DNA of 64,000 nt from contig PAAU01000066.1 in NCBI GenBank assembly GCA_002699445.1, positions 46,584 to 110,583 on the forward strand. Reading direction: 5' to 3'. Shown piece after piece: positions 18,200-27,791 of this stretch (position 1 is the first letter of the stretch; every line of letters begins with the position of its first letter). The translations under genes and the position numbers were made by a program. The notes beneath the pieces were generated by a model. That model was not told where the DNA came from and did not search any database. It saw only the letters and a list, made by a program, of their open reading frames with translations. The DNA comes from Micrococcales bacterium. Its GTDB lineage: Bacteria > Actinomycetota > Actinomycetes > S36-B12 > GCA-2699445.

Positions 18200-20266
18200 A
18201 TGCTGCTTCGGGAAATCCCAACTGAACGCTTAACGCTGTATACAGCGTCGGCGAGCGAAAATCCGGTGGACTGGCAGGAGTGGGGTGAAACTGCCTTCGA
18301 TGAGGCTCGACGCAGAGATGTACCGATTTTTCTCTCGGTCGGGTACGCAGCGTGTCACTGGTGTCATGTCATGGCCGATGAATCCTTTGAGGATCCGCTT
18401 TTGGCCAGGGAGCTCAATACAAATTTTGTCCCCATCAAAGTAGATCGGGAGGCACGTCCCGATGTTGACAGCGTCTACATGGCGGCTACCACTGCCTTAA
18501 CAGGTCGCGGAGGTTGGCCAATGTCGGTTTGGCTGGATCACGAGGGACGAGCCTTCTATGCTGGTACCTATTTTCCGGATGTCCCACGGCACGGTATGCC
18601 GGCCTTTTCGCAAGTTCTTGAGGCGGTGTCGGATGCCTGGCGTGATCGGCGTCCGGAACTCCTAGAGTCCGCTGCACGTATCAACGACCTACTTTCTGAA
18701 CGCACCCAAACGCCTGGTCCGGTATCGGCCGTTGAGGACGGTCAACTACTTGCCGATGCCGTCACTCGTCTAGCTGAATCATTTGACGTAACCAATGCGG
18801 GTTTTGGTTCGGCACCGAAGTTTCCACCCAGCATGGTCCTACGATTTCTTTGGGACTACAGCGTCGGATACAGCGACCTGAAAGCCGGCGAGATGGCTGC
18901 CGCAACCTGTGAGGCGATGGCACGCGGTGGGATGTTTGACCAACTTGCTGGTGGCTTTGCTCGCTACAGCGTCGACGATACGTGGACCGTTCCCCACTTC
19001 GAAAAGATGCTGTATGACAATGCCTTGTTGGTAGACGTGTATGCAACCTGGTTTGCAGTTTCGGGGAGTCCCTTCGCCCGTAGAGTCTGTACGCAGACTG
19101 TGGAATTCATGTTGCAAGAGCTGCAATTGCCAACTGGCGGTTTCGCGGCCGCCTTGGATGCAGATGCGCCTCCGGAACCTGGCGCCTCGGCGAGTGAGGG
19201 TGCCAGCTACGCCTGGACTCTCCGTCAGTTGGAGGCGGTATTAGGTCGTGAGGATGGGGCGTGGGTGGCGAGTCTCGCGGCAGTGTCCGCCGAGGGTTCT
19301 TTCGAATACGGTTCGTCCGTGCTGCAGTTGCTCCACGACCCGGAGGACGAGGAGCGCTGGCAGCGATGCAGAGAGGCGTTGCACACCGCGCGAACCCGAC
19401 GACCGCAGCCCGCCTTGGACGACAAACTAGTGCTCTCGTGGAATGCATTGGCTGTTGTTGGCCTAGTTCGTGCGGGTTTACTTCTCGAGCAGGACTCCTG
19501 GATTGCGGCCGCACTCCATGTCGGAAGTCGGATTCGCGAGAGCCACATGATGACAGACCCCTCCGGTACCGGAGTTCGATTGGCGAGAATTTCGCGTGGC
19601 GGGGTTGCCAGCGAAGTTCCCGGAGTTCTTGAGGACTATGCATTGACGATTGAGGCGCTATTGGCGCTGCAGCGAGCCTCGGGTGATGTCACTTGGTACG
19701 AGGATGCGGAGCGGTTGACGGAAGTCATGCTCGACCTGTTCCTGGATGGGGAAGACGAAAAGGGTGCTTTTTATGACACCGCGGCAGATGCCCAGCCGCT
19801 GGTCCGTCGGCCACGGGAGATTACGGATAACGCGAGCCCAGCTGGTAACTCTGCTGCCGCCAAATCGTTGATTTCTATGGCGGCATTAAGCGGTAGAGAT
19901 GATTGGCGTGCTATCGCGGATGTGGTGCTTACCAACCTTGCTCCACTAATGCAGCAGCAACCCCAGTTCGCGGGATGGGGTTTGCAGGGGTTAATGCTGT
20001 CGCATTCCGGCCCACGTGAGGTGGTCGTGGCAGCGGATCGTGAGAGTGCTGCCAACAGTGATAGAAAGCAACTAATTAGTGCAGTTGAGCGGTTTGCCTC
20101 AGGGAGGGCAGTTTCGGCGAGCACCGTGGGAGATCCAGGGGAGACCATTCCGCTTTTGATTGATCGGGGTGTATCAGCGGGTACCACCGCCTACGTTTGC
20201 GAAAATTTCGCGTGCCGATTGCCGGTCCACACCGTGGCGGCGCTAGAAGAGCAGCTGAGCAGCTAA
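18200..20266 (+). CDS. Thioredoxin-domain protein of the DUF255/YyaL family
   Basis: The N-terminus reads PIFLSVGYAACHWCHVMADESFEDP. A long alpha/alpha-toroid-like C-terminal region follows, with FEKMLYDNALL. Confidence 0.85.
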   Translation: MLLREIPTERLTLYTASASENPVDWQEWGETAFDEARRRDVPIFLSVGYAACHWCHVMADESFEDPLLARELNTNFVPIKVDREARPDVDSVYMAATTALTGRGGWPMSVWLDHEGRAFYAGTYFPDVPRHGMPAFSQVLEAVSDAWRDRRPELLESAARINDLLSERTQTPGPVSAVEDGQLLADAVTRLAESFDVTNAGFGSAPKFPPSMVLRFLWDYSVGYSDLKAGEMAAATCEAMARGGMFDQLAGGFARYSVDDTWTVPHFEKMLYDNALLVDVYATWFAVSGSPFARRVCTQTVEFMLQELQLPTGGFAAALDADAPPEPGASASEGASYAWTLRQLEAVLGREDGAWVASLAAVSAEGSFEYGSSVLQLLHDPEDEERWQRCREALHTARTRRPQPALDDKLVLSWNALAVVGLVRAGLLLEQDSWIAAALHVGSRIRESHMMTDPSGTGVRLARISRGGVASEVPGVLEDYALTIEALLALQRASGDVTWYEDAERLTEVMLDLFLDGEDEKGAFYDTAADAQPLVRRPREITDNASPAGNSAAAKSLISMAALSGRDDWRAIADVVLTNLAPLMQQQPQFAGWGLQGLMLSHSGPREVVVAADRESAANSDRKQLISAVERFASGRAVSASTVGDPGETIPLLIDRGVSAGTTAYVCENFACRLPVHTVAALEEQLSS

Positions 20267-20275
20267 GAGCGCCGG

Positions 20276-20884
20276 TCAATCAGAGGTCAACTGGTTGGTG
20301 CCGCGGTTCTGATCAGCGAACATCGTCGCGGCTAGTACCCCCGCTAGGCCACCCAACAGATGCATTTGCCAAGAGATCTGGGCGCTAACACCAAATGGCA
20401 GAGCGCCAAAGAGCAGTGAGCCGTAGACAAGTAACACGACCACCGCGATCAAGACGTCTGCCCAATGGCGGGTGATGATTCCAGCGGCAAGAAGATATCC
20501 CAAGAAGCCGAAGACAACGCCGCTTGCACCGATAGTTACCACATTGCTAGGTCCGAGGAGCCAGAGGACAGAACCGCTGACAAGAACAATAATTGCAGTG
20601 ACCGACCAAAAGTGTCGACCTGCACGCCAGGAGACCAAAGTTCCCAAGATGAGGAACGGCAGCGTATTGGCTATGAGGTGATCAAAGTTCGCATGAAGGA
20701 AAGGTGCGGCCACGATACCGATCAAACCCTCGGTGGTCCGACTCTGGATGCCAAGGTAGTCCAGATTGAACGGAAGCAGCCAATCGACTAATTCCAATAG
20801 CCACATGATCAGGAGTAGTGCCAAAACAGGGGCCACTACCTGAATCGGTTTCCGCCGAGTAGTGACGGGCGTTAGATCGCTCAC
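20276..20884 (-). CDS. Rhomboid-family intramembrane serine protease
   Basis: Contains HANFDHLIANT, the catalytic GASGVVFGFLG, and a downstream His in WQMHLLGGLAG. There are 6 TM segments. GTG 20884 follows GGAG. The track ORF extends to 21280, but that part overlaps rarD. Confidence 0.8.
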   Translation of the reverse strand: MSDLTPVTTRRKPIQVVAPVLALLLIMWLLELVDWLLPFNLDYLGIQSRTTEGLIGIVAAPFLHANFDHLIANTLPFLILGTLVSWRAGRHFWSVTAIIVLVSGSVLWLLGPSNVVTIGASGVVFGFLGYLLAAGIITRHWADVLIAVVVLLVYGSLLFGALPFGVSAQISWQMHLLGGLAGVLAATMFADQNRGTNQLTSD

Positions 20885-20940
20885 GATTTCATTATCTCCT
20901 GGAACAAGCTCAACCTGAAAGTCGTGGTTCGCTAAGTGCG

Positions 20941-21852
20941 TTAGTCCAGAGCTTGGGGACTTTCCAGCTGCGTTAGCTGGGAACGTGACTTTGTGCGTCG
21001 GACCAGATCCCAGGTGAAGATGATCAGCGCCACCCAAACCAAGATAAATCCGAACCAGCGGGCTGGCGGCATGGTCTCGCCGAGTACGACGACACCGATA
21101 AGAAACTGCAGTACGGGAGCGATGTATTGGAGGATGCCGAGCGAGGTCAACGGGATCCGGATGGCAGCTGCGCCAAATAGCACTAATGGGAGAGTGGTAA
21201 TTATTCCAAGACCCACAAGGAGCACGGTGTGACTCAGGCCGTAGCCCGTTAGCGTCTCGGTGCCGTCGATATACAGCCATATCTGGAAGGCTAGTGCCGG
21301 GACTAGGAGAACTAGCGTCTCGAACGTAAGGCTCTCAAATGCAGGAACATTGGCGCGCTTTTTCAAGAGTCCGTATCCGGCGAAGGAGAGAGCCAGAGTT
21401 AGTGCAATCCAGGGGATTCGTCCGTAGTTCACCGCAAGGATCAGTACCGCCGTAGCTGCGAGTGCGATAGCGCTCCATTGAGCACGGTTCAAACGTTCCT
21501 GTAGCACTAAAACACCGAGCGCCACGGTGACGAGTGGATTAATGAAGTAACCGAGCGATGCTTCTACCACCTGGTCTGTGGTCACCGCGTATACGAAAGT
21601 TAACCAGTTGATACTGAGCAGGATTCCTGCGGCGGACAGAAGGAGTGCTTGGCGCCGGCTGATATGGCGTAGTTGATGTAAGCGCCGCGCAGCGATCAAA
21701 ACGATGAAGCAAACAACGAGAGACCAGATGATCCGGTTAGCGAGAATCTCTAGTGGAGTAGCAGGTTCAAGTAGGGTGAAGTACAGCGGAAAAATGCCCC
21801 AAAGCGTGTATGCGAGCACTCCGTAGAACGCACCGCTTTTGCCAGCAATCAC
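20941..21852 (-). CDS. rarD: EamA/RarD-family transporter
   Basis: The N-terminus YGVLAYTLWGIFPLYF is typical of RarD. There are 10 TM segments in two EamA repeats. Confidence 0.75.
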   Translation of the reverse strand: MIAGKSGAFYGVLAYTLWGIFPLYFTLLEPATPLEILANRIIWSLVVCFIVLIAARRLHQLRHISRRQALLLSAAGILLSINWLTFVYAVTTDQVVEASLGYFINPLVTVALGVLVLQERLNRAQWSAIALAATAVLILAVNYGRIPWIALTLALSFAGYGLLKKRANVPAFESLTFETLVLLVPALAFQIWLYIDGTETLTGYGLSHTVLLVGLGIITTLPLVLFGAAAIRIPLTSLGILQYIAPVLQFLIGVVVLGETMPPARWFGFILVWVALIIFTWDLVRRTKSRSQLTQLESPQALD

Positions 21853-21994
21853 CCTCTGACGCTATTCGGTCGGTCCAAGCGCCGCCACCTTGACGGGGAC
21901 CCGAACGAGTATTCCGCGACCTCATATAGACCGTTTCACCCCAGTGGCGGCGATGAAGGAGGGAATTGGCGCCACTTCATGCCAGTATGGCTCT

Positions 21995-22597
21995 ATGACG
22001 ATAGCTGTAATCGCCTTAATTGTCGTAGTGGTTGCTGCGGTAATCGGTGTCATTTCGTACAACACTTTGGTCAAGTTGAGGAACCGCGTTGATGAAGCGT
22101 GGGCACAAATCAGTGTGCAGCTGAAGCGCCGCCACGATTTGATCCCGCCACTAGTAGCAACCGTTAAGGGTTACGCGGAACACGAGAGCAGTACTTTGGA
22201 GGCGGTGGTTTCGGCCCGTAACGCGGCGGTCGATTCGGTGGGAGACGCCGCTCACGCAGGGGAAGCAGGAAAGGCCGAACTCGAACTATCGGGTGCATTG
22301 GGCAAGTTGTTTGCTCTTTCAGAGTCATATCCGGATCTGAAGGCCAATACCAACTTCTTGCAGCTGCAAGAACAGATCGTCGATACCGAGAATCGGATTG
22401 CTTTTGCCCGGCAGTACTACAACGACACTGTCAGGGAATGGAATACTAAAATCGATTCGATTCCGTACAACTTCTTCGCTGGCCGGATGAATGCGCGTAA
22501 AGCGGAATACTTCGAGATCCAAGACATCACCGGAGCTAAGTACGCCGAAGCGCTGTCCCCCGAGGACACCACGAAACCACCTTCGGTGGAGTTCTAG
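21995..22597 (+). CDS. lemA: LemA-family protein
   Basis: A single N-terminal TM is followed by YNTLVKLRNRVDEAWAQISVQLKRRHDLIP...YPDLKAN..F..LQ. The start is uncertain among 21890, 21953 and 21995. Confidence 0.8.
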   Translation: MTIAVIALIVVVVAAVIGVISYNTLVKLRNRVDEAWAQISVQLKRRHDLIPPLVATVKGYAEHESSTLEAVVSARNAAVDSVGDAAHAGEAGKAELELSGALGKLFALSESYPDLKANTNFLQLQEQIVDTENRIAFARQYYNDTVREWNTKIDSIPYNFFAGRMNARKAEYFEIQDITGAKYAEALSPEDTTKPPSVEF

Positions 22598-22600
22598 CAG

Positions 22601-24394
22601 ATGGATCTGTGGATCGCTCTTCTTGCGGGGGCTGCCGCAGTCGTTTTTGGATATTTTCTTCGACCGCTGCGTGTCCTAATAGTTATTGCAACAGCAGTTG
22701 TTGCCATTGTTGTTGGCAACGGCTGGCTGAACGGTGGCTCCGCCAGCACCAGCGGCGAGACTTCCGTGGTGGAAAACTACCAAGCGAACTACAAGGTCGA
22801 TGCCAACGGTGATTTGTTGCAGCAAGAAACCTTGGACGTGCGCTTCTATGAGCAGCGGCGAGGTATTTTTCGGTTTTTCGACGAGAGCGGACCCGAGGAC
22901 AGCAGGGCAGAGCACCCCGTCGAGGTGATCTCAATTCAACGGTGTCCTTCCCAAGGCGCTGGCTTTGGACAGTGCACGGATGAGCCCTACCAGTTGTATA
23001 CGGAGAACGGTTTGCCCGTGGCAAAGATAGGAGATGCCAATGTTCCCTATCCCGCAGGCACACTCAACCGATACATAATTACGAGCAAGCAGACCGGTAC
23101 GCTCACGCAACTACCCGATGAAGACGAAGCGCAGTGGTACTGGAATGTCGTTGGCGCGGGCTGGACCATGTTTATGGACAAGGTCACCGTCCAAGCGGAG
23201 TTCCCAAAAGCCCCCAGCTCAGTTGGTTGTATAACCGGCGATGCAAACGTTCCCTGCACCGCAGAAAAAAGTAATGACACCACTTACACCACTGAGTTGC
23301 GTTCGCTACAGCCACTAACGCCGGTCACCTACAAGGCAATGCTCCCCGCGCAAGGACTCCAAACCCAGTCACTCGCGCCTCCTTGGTATCAAGGGTGGAT
23401 CCCTATCGGAGTTGGCGTAGTCCTGGCAGTAGTTATGATCTTGCTTATCCGACGCTTCCGTGACCCAGATCCAAGTGAAACCCCAGTTTTCGCCTCACCC
23501 GGCGACGATATTTTGGCCTACGCCTGGACATGGCGAGAGGAGCCTCCCAAGGACATTTTCCAGGTACTCATGTTGCAGCTGCGCCAACTTGGAGTCCTCA
23601 AGGTGACCGTTGATCCCGCGGTGGCGAAGGGAAACAAACCCAAGTTCGTCGAGCTTGACAGAACTGCTGGTGACTTACCGCAAGGCGTCGGTGGCGCGGA
23701 CGAATTCTTGTCGGCAATGACGCTGAATTCGCCTGGAGCGCAGAAGAAGATCAGCAAGTCCTCAACAGCGACTGGCCAACAGATCAAGTCACTGAAACCG
23801 CTGCTAACGAAAGCTTCAACCGAGAACGCCAGGAACCGAGGATGGTTTGACCGGTCAGTTCCAGGGACTTTAGTTGTACTAGCGGCGGCTCTTTTGCCGG
23901 CCTTCGCGTTGGTCGCCGTTTCTTTAACAGATTCGGTGACGGCCGCGGCACTTTTCTTGATCCCCGCAGTCGCCGGTTTGTGGGCTAACCATACGTTGAA
24001 GACTCGCCTGACCGACGTGGGGCTACAGGTTCGGGATCAAGTGAGCGGCTTGCGAGTTGCCCTTTCTACGCCTGCATCAGTAGAACGCTATGAGTATTCG
24101 TTGAAGGCGCAGTACTTTGAGCAGTTTCTTCCCTGGGCAGTGGCGTTAAATTGCGCGGATGCCTGGGCAGAGGCGTGCAAACCTCCCCCAGGAGTCGAGA
24201 ACGATCCGGGTAGCCCCTACTACAGTTACTACCTGCTCTACGCGGGGAGTCGCGGAATGTCTGAGGCGGTCTCTTCCGTGTCGGAAGGTGCTGTCTCAGC
24301 CTATTCAGCCTCGCAGTCCTCTTCTGGTGGTGGCGGGGGTGGTGGCTTCTCCGCTGGTGGCGGTGGCGGCGGTGGTGGCGGCGGCTCCTGGTAG
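22601..24394 (+). CDS. DUF2207-type membrane protein with a poly-Gly C-terminal tail
   Basis: It lies immediately downstream of LemA, which is the usual pairing. It has a large extracytoplasmic N-terminal domain, several TM segments, and the tail SSGGGGGGGFSAGGGGGGGGGGSW. Confidence 0.7.
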   Translation: MDLWIALLAGAAAVVFGYFLRPLRVLIVIATAVVAIVVGNGWLNGGSASTSGETSVVENYQANYKVDANGDLLQQETLDVRFYEQRRGIFRFFDESGPEDSRAEHPVEVISIQRCPSQGAGFGQCTDEPYQLYTENGLPVAKIGDANVPYPAGTLNRYIITSKQTGTLTQLPDEDEAQWYWNVVGAGWTMFMDKVTVQAEFPKAPSSVGCITGDANVPCTAEKSNDTTYTTELRSLQPLTPVTYKAMLPAQGLQTQSLAPPWYQGWIPIGVGVVLAVVMILLIRRFRDPDPSETPVFASPGDDILAYAWTWREEPPKDIFQVLMLQLRQLGVLKVTVDPAVAKGNKPKFVELDRTAGDLPQGVGGADEFLSAMTLNSPGAQKKISKSSTATGQQIKSLKPLLTKASTENARNRGWFDRSVPGTLVVLAAALLPAFALVAVSLTDSVTAAALFLIPAVAGLWANHTLKTRLTDVGLQVRDQVSGLRVALSTPASVERYEYSLKAQYFEQFLPWAVALNCADAWAEACKPPPGVENDPGSPYYSYYLLYAGSRGMSEAVSSVSEGAVSAYSASQSSSGGGGGGGFSAGGGGGGGGGGSW

Positions 24395-24415
24395 CGGCTG
24401 ACCCACCGCGAAGGA

Positions 24416-26251
24416 TCAGCCGTCGAGCTCTTCCGAGGCCTTGAGCCACTCGTCCTCCAGCTGCTGCTGGTTGTCCTCGTTCTCTCGTAGTTGCTTGCTG
24501 AGGGCGATGAGTCGGGGCGGATCCGTTGCGGCTTCGGCCAACTCCTGATGAAGTTGAGTTTGTAATAATTCCAACTTGCTTAGCTGTCGCTCGAGTTTGG
24601 CAAGCTGCTTGCGCAGAGACCGTTCTTGTGCGGAACCACGCGCAGGTCGTTCGGAAGTACCGCTGCTATTCGCTCGTGTTTGGTTGTCAGGAATGCCAGA
24701 CGGTGGTGGTGATGAGATGGCCGCCAGGGCACGCAGTTCTAGATACTCGGGAACGCCCCCAGGTGCATGCCGCAATTTCTTATCACCAAGCATGACAAAG
24801 ACGTCATCGCAGGTGCGCTCGAGAAAATATCGGTCGTGAGAGACCACAACCAGGGTCCCTGGCCAGTCATCAAGTAGATCTTCGATGACGGTCAGGGTGT
24901 CAATGTCGAGATCATTGGTCGGTTCGTCAAGTAGCAAGAGGTTGGGGCCGGTGAGTAATACCCGCAAGAATTCAAGTCTCCTGCGTTCCCCGCCGGAAAG
25001 ATCGCCGATTCGTTTCCAAGCGGCGTCTCCTAAGAAACCGAATGCCTCCAACAGTTGGGTGCTGGTGAGTTCCTTTCCGGTGGTGACGACCGCATGCTCT
25101 GCCGTCCGCTTGAGCCAAGGGCTAACCCGGTCGTCGGAATCTGCGGAGCTGAGCCGCTGATCGACAACCGCGGCGGCGACGGTCTTTCCGCGGCGCACAA
25201 AACCAGTTGTGGGCGGCGGATCCACTCCGAGGAGCAATCGCAAGAGCGTAGTCTTGCCGACTCCGTTGGGACCAAGTAAACCAATACGATCACCCGGACC
25301 GAGGTTCCAAGTTGCTTGTTCGAGCACCGAATCCAAATTCAGTTGCGGCCGAAGAGTCATATTTTCGACATCGATCACTGTCTTGCCCAGTCGAGTGGTT
25401 GCTACGCGATGCAAGGCCAAGGAGTCACGCGGTGGTGGCTCATTTGCGATGAGCTCCTCGGCGGCATCCACGCGAAACTTGGCCTTAGAGGTTCGAGCAG
25501 GCGCTCCCCGGCGAAGCCAGGCCAACTCCTTACGCATCAGGTTGCGTCGCTTGGATTCAGTAGCGCGCGCCTGTTCATCGCGCTGGGCTTTCGCTAGAAC
25601 GTGGGCGGCATAGCCACCCTGGTACTCGGCTACGTGCCCATCCGTGACTTCCCAAGTTGTGCTGGTTACCTCATCCAATAGCCAACGATCGTGAGTCACA
25701 AGAACGAATGCTCGACGGCCGTGGGGCAGACTCTTGAGGTGATTTGCGAGCCAGCCAACGGCTTCCAGATCTAGATGGTTTGTCGGTTCGTCCAGTAGTA
25801 ACAAGTCCCAGGGCCGAATGAGTGAGCTGGCCAGGGCGATACGGCGCGATTCCCCACCGGAAAGTCCGCTGACGTTGGTGTCGAGACCATCGCTGAAGAG
25901 CGGTGCATCCAAGCCACCCACCAGACCACCTAGTACCGCGCGAACAGAAGGGTCTGAAGCCCACTCATGGGCAGGCCTATCTCCTACTAAACATTGCCGA
26001 ACGGTGTCCCCGGGCAAGTCATCGTGCTGTCCGACCATTGCAATCTCGATACCAGCGGCCGCTGCGAGTCTGCCAGAATCCGTTGGCTCTCCGGTAAGCG
26101 CTGCAAGCAGAGTGCTCTTACCACTGCCGTTTCGTCCCACGACGCCGATTCGATCGCCCGGATGGATACCCACTGAAACTTCATCGAGAATCTGACGCGT
26201 TCCCCGTTGAACTGATAGTCCTTCGGCAATGAGGTAGGGAGAGGCTTTCAT
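24416..26251 (-). CDS. ABC-F family ATPase (Uup-like; two ABC domains and a C-terminal coiled coil, no TM domain)
   Basis: Two Walker A motifs (GRNGSGKST, GPNGVGKTT) and two LSGGE signatures are present. The tail is Gln/Leu/Glu-rich. Confidence 0.85.
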   Translation of the reverse strand: MKASPYLIAEGLSVQRGTRQILDEVSVGIHPGDRIGVVGRNGSGKSTLLAALTGEPTDSGRLAAAAGIEIAMVGQHDDLPGDTVRQCLVGDRPAHEWASDPSVRAVLGGLVGGLDAPLFSDGLDTNVSGLSGGESRRIALASSLIRPWDLLLLDEPTNHLDLEAVGWLANHLKSLPHGRRAFVLVTHDRWLLDEVTSTTWEVTDGHVAEYQGGYAAHVLAKAQRDEQARATESKRRNLMRKELAWLRRGAPARTSKAKFRVDAAEELIANEPPPRDSLALHRVATTRLGKTVIDVENMTLRPQLNLDSVLEQATWNLGPGDRIGLLGPNGVGKTTLLRLLLGVDPPPTTGFVRRGKTVAAAVVDQRLSSADSDDRVSPWLKRTAEHAVVTTGKELTSTQLLEAFGFLGDAAWKRIGDLSGGERRRLEFLRVLLTGPNLLLLDEPTNDLDIDTLTVIEDLLDDWPGTLVVVSHDRYFLERTCDDVFVMLGDKKLRHAPGGVPEYLELRALAAISSPPPSGIPDNQTRANSSGTSERPARGSAQERSLRKQLAKLERQLSKLELLQTQLHQELAEAATDPPRLIALSKQLRENEDNQQQLEDEWLKASEELDG

Positions 26252-26389
26252 CGTTTGATTGCCCAGTCACTGCGCATCACGCGAAGAGTTTCAGGCTTCA
26301 CGGTGCCACGATTATCGCCGATGAAGTACTCATCGTCATTGCCAACACCATTGTTCTTGATCTACCGACTCATCATTTCGCGACTGACA

Positions 26390-27313
26390 TCAGGGGGCGG
26401 GGACGGCCGGATTCGGCGCTGGTGCGGGCGCTGGTGCGGGTGCTGGTGCTGGTTCTGGAGCTGGAGCCGGCACGTCTGGTGGTGATCCAGTAAAGCTTTC
26501 AATCCATTCGGAGTAGTGGGAAACCTTGGTGTAGACACCGTGTCTGCGAGGGGTGGCACAGGGTTGCGGTCCGAAACTCACGAGACCGGCGAGGCGGGTA
26601 ATACCGTCGGAATCTGTCAATAGAAGGGGGCCACCGCTATCGCCGCTACAGGTATCGACCGGTCTTTTACCGCCAAGCCCCGCGCAGACCTGTTTCTTTG
26701 TGTTGATGACCCGCCACATCTTTTTGCAGCGGTCATTTGGGGTGAGTTTGACCTCGGCCTGTTGGAGTCGGACGGGGTAGCCGCGACCGCTGGGTTTCGT
26801 GGAACCCCAGCCAAGAACGATAGCCGGGCTGTTGGGCTGATAAAGATTTGCTGCCGCCAGAGGCGTCACAGCTGCCGGCTGCGCCTGTTGAAGTTTGAGC
26901 AGAGCGATATCGTTGAGATCTCGCCTAGGCTTCCAATTGTCGAAGCGGAAGCCCTTAACCCGGATTGCAGGTGCGGTCGAATCGTTCAGTGAAAAGATCC
27001 CCACTCGAACTACGACCTTCGCGGGACGCAGAGGCGCCACGCAATGGGCGGCAGTCAGAACCCATCGGGGTGCGATCAGGGTGCCGCCACAAATGATTCC
27101 TCGCCTCGCGCTTTCATTCCGATATCCGATGGCCACCATTCCTGGCCAGGCGTCTATCTCGGCATCATCACCATTAATGACCCCTAAACCGTTACTGCTG
27201 TTTGGACCTTGCTCCTTACCAGACGCAGGGCTCACTCCAGAAACCAACGAAACAGCAAGTACGAGGGGGAAAAGGAGCAGGAACGCTTTGGGGAGCCGAT
27301 CCAGAGATGTCAT
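26390..27313 (-). CDS. Secreted trypsin-like (S1) serine protease with a Pro-Ala repeat tail
   Basis: Signal peptide present. The catalytic motifs are WVLTAAHC, DIALLKL and GDSGGPL. The C-terminus reads PAPAPEPAPAPAPAPAPAPNPAVPAP. Confidence 0.85.
   Translation of the reverse strand: MTSLDRLPKAFLLLFPLVLAVSLVSGVSPASGKEQGPNSSNGLGVINGDDAEIDAWPGMVAIGYRNESARRGIICGGTLIAPRWVLTAAHCVAPLRPAKVVVRVGIFSLNDSTAPAIRVKGFRFDNWKPRRDLNDIALLKLQQAQPAAVTPLAAANLYQPNSPAIVLGWGSTKPSGRGYPVRLQQAEVKLTPNDRCKKMWRVINTKKQVCAGLGGKRPVDTCSGDSGGPLLLTDSDGITRLAGLVSFGPQPCATPRRHGVYTKVSHYSEWIESFTGSPPDVPAPAPEPAPAPAPAPAPAPNPAVPAP
26415..26472. repeat. Hexanucleotide-type coding microsatellite (Pro-Ala repeats) in the protease tail
   Basis: The plus strand shows a ggcgctggtgcgggcgctggtgcgggtgctggtgctggttctggagctggagcc run. 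Confidence 0.8.
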
Positions 27314-27575
27314 GGTGCGTCCGATGTAGAAGTTACGTCAGTATCCCCCACGATGAGCCGAGTTGAACAACGGATCCATCATTGGACTTATGGGAACTTC
27401 CGATTTGGGACCACTGGGCGGTCGAGAGCATCGTTGATTTCCATCGGAAGTTCGGGTCAGCGTGGCGGGCCCTACCGATAGTCGTCTCCGGTTAGCCGTG
27501 TCCACAAAGAGGACGAGGCGTCTAGACTCAGCAGCATAGATCGATGTTATGCGGACAGTTGGAGGGATAGAAGCG

Positions 27576-27716
27576 ATGTGTAGTCCTGCGATGTGCCCGA
27601 GCTGTGCCAAGGTCAGCTACTCCGGATGTGGGCTACATATCGAGGAAGCACTGGCTGGATACTCCCCAGAGGAGCGATGCAGATGCGGACCACAGAATCA
27701 ACCCGCGCCTGTTTAA
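27576..27716 (+). CDS. Small Cys-rich protein (46 aa), below the length cutoff of the ORF track
   Basis: Translation is MCSPAMCPSCAKVSYSGCGLHIEEALAGYSPEERCRCGPQNQPAPV. GGAGGG lies 9 nt upstream of ATG 27576. The ORF sits in a 480-nt gap that is otherwise unassigned. An alternative start is ATG 27591. Confidence 0.5.
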   Translation: MCSPAMCPSCAKVSYSGCGLHIEEALAGYSPEERCRCGPQNQPAPV

Positions 27717-27791
27717 CGACTAACTGTTGATGCTGCGCAGCCGGTACCCCACTAGGTTGAAGACAGACAACTAATTCTCGGGAGTAGTAAC

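Noticed and set aside
18486-20187. Multiple ORFs on both strands inside the DUF255/YyaL gene, for example 19107-19643 (minus) and 19261-19632 (plus).
   Set aside because: They overlap a 688-aa ORF with clear family motifs. Their sequences are low-complexity.
20885-21280. Upstream 132 codons of the 334-aa ORF containing the rhomboid domain.
   Set aside because: This part overlaps the 3' end of rarD in another frame, is Arg/His/Pro-rich, and precedes a good GTG start with GGAG at 20884.
24330-24394. Short-period DNA repeats here (Gly run), at 26415-26472 (Pro-Ala run), at 6734-6805 (AKKGS) and across 59560-60340 (pentapeptide), considered as possible CRISPR arrays or non-coding arrays.
   Set aside because: All lie inside well-supported coding frames and encode low-complexity peptide repeats. 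None has a repeat-spacer organisation.
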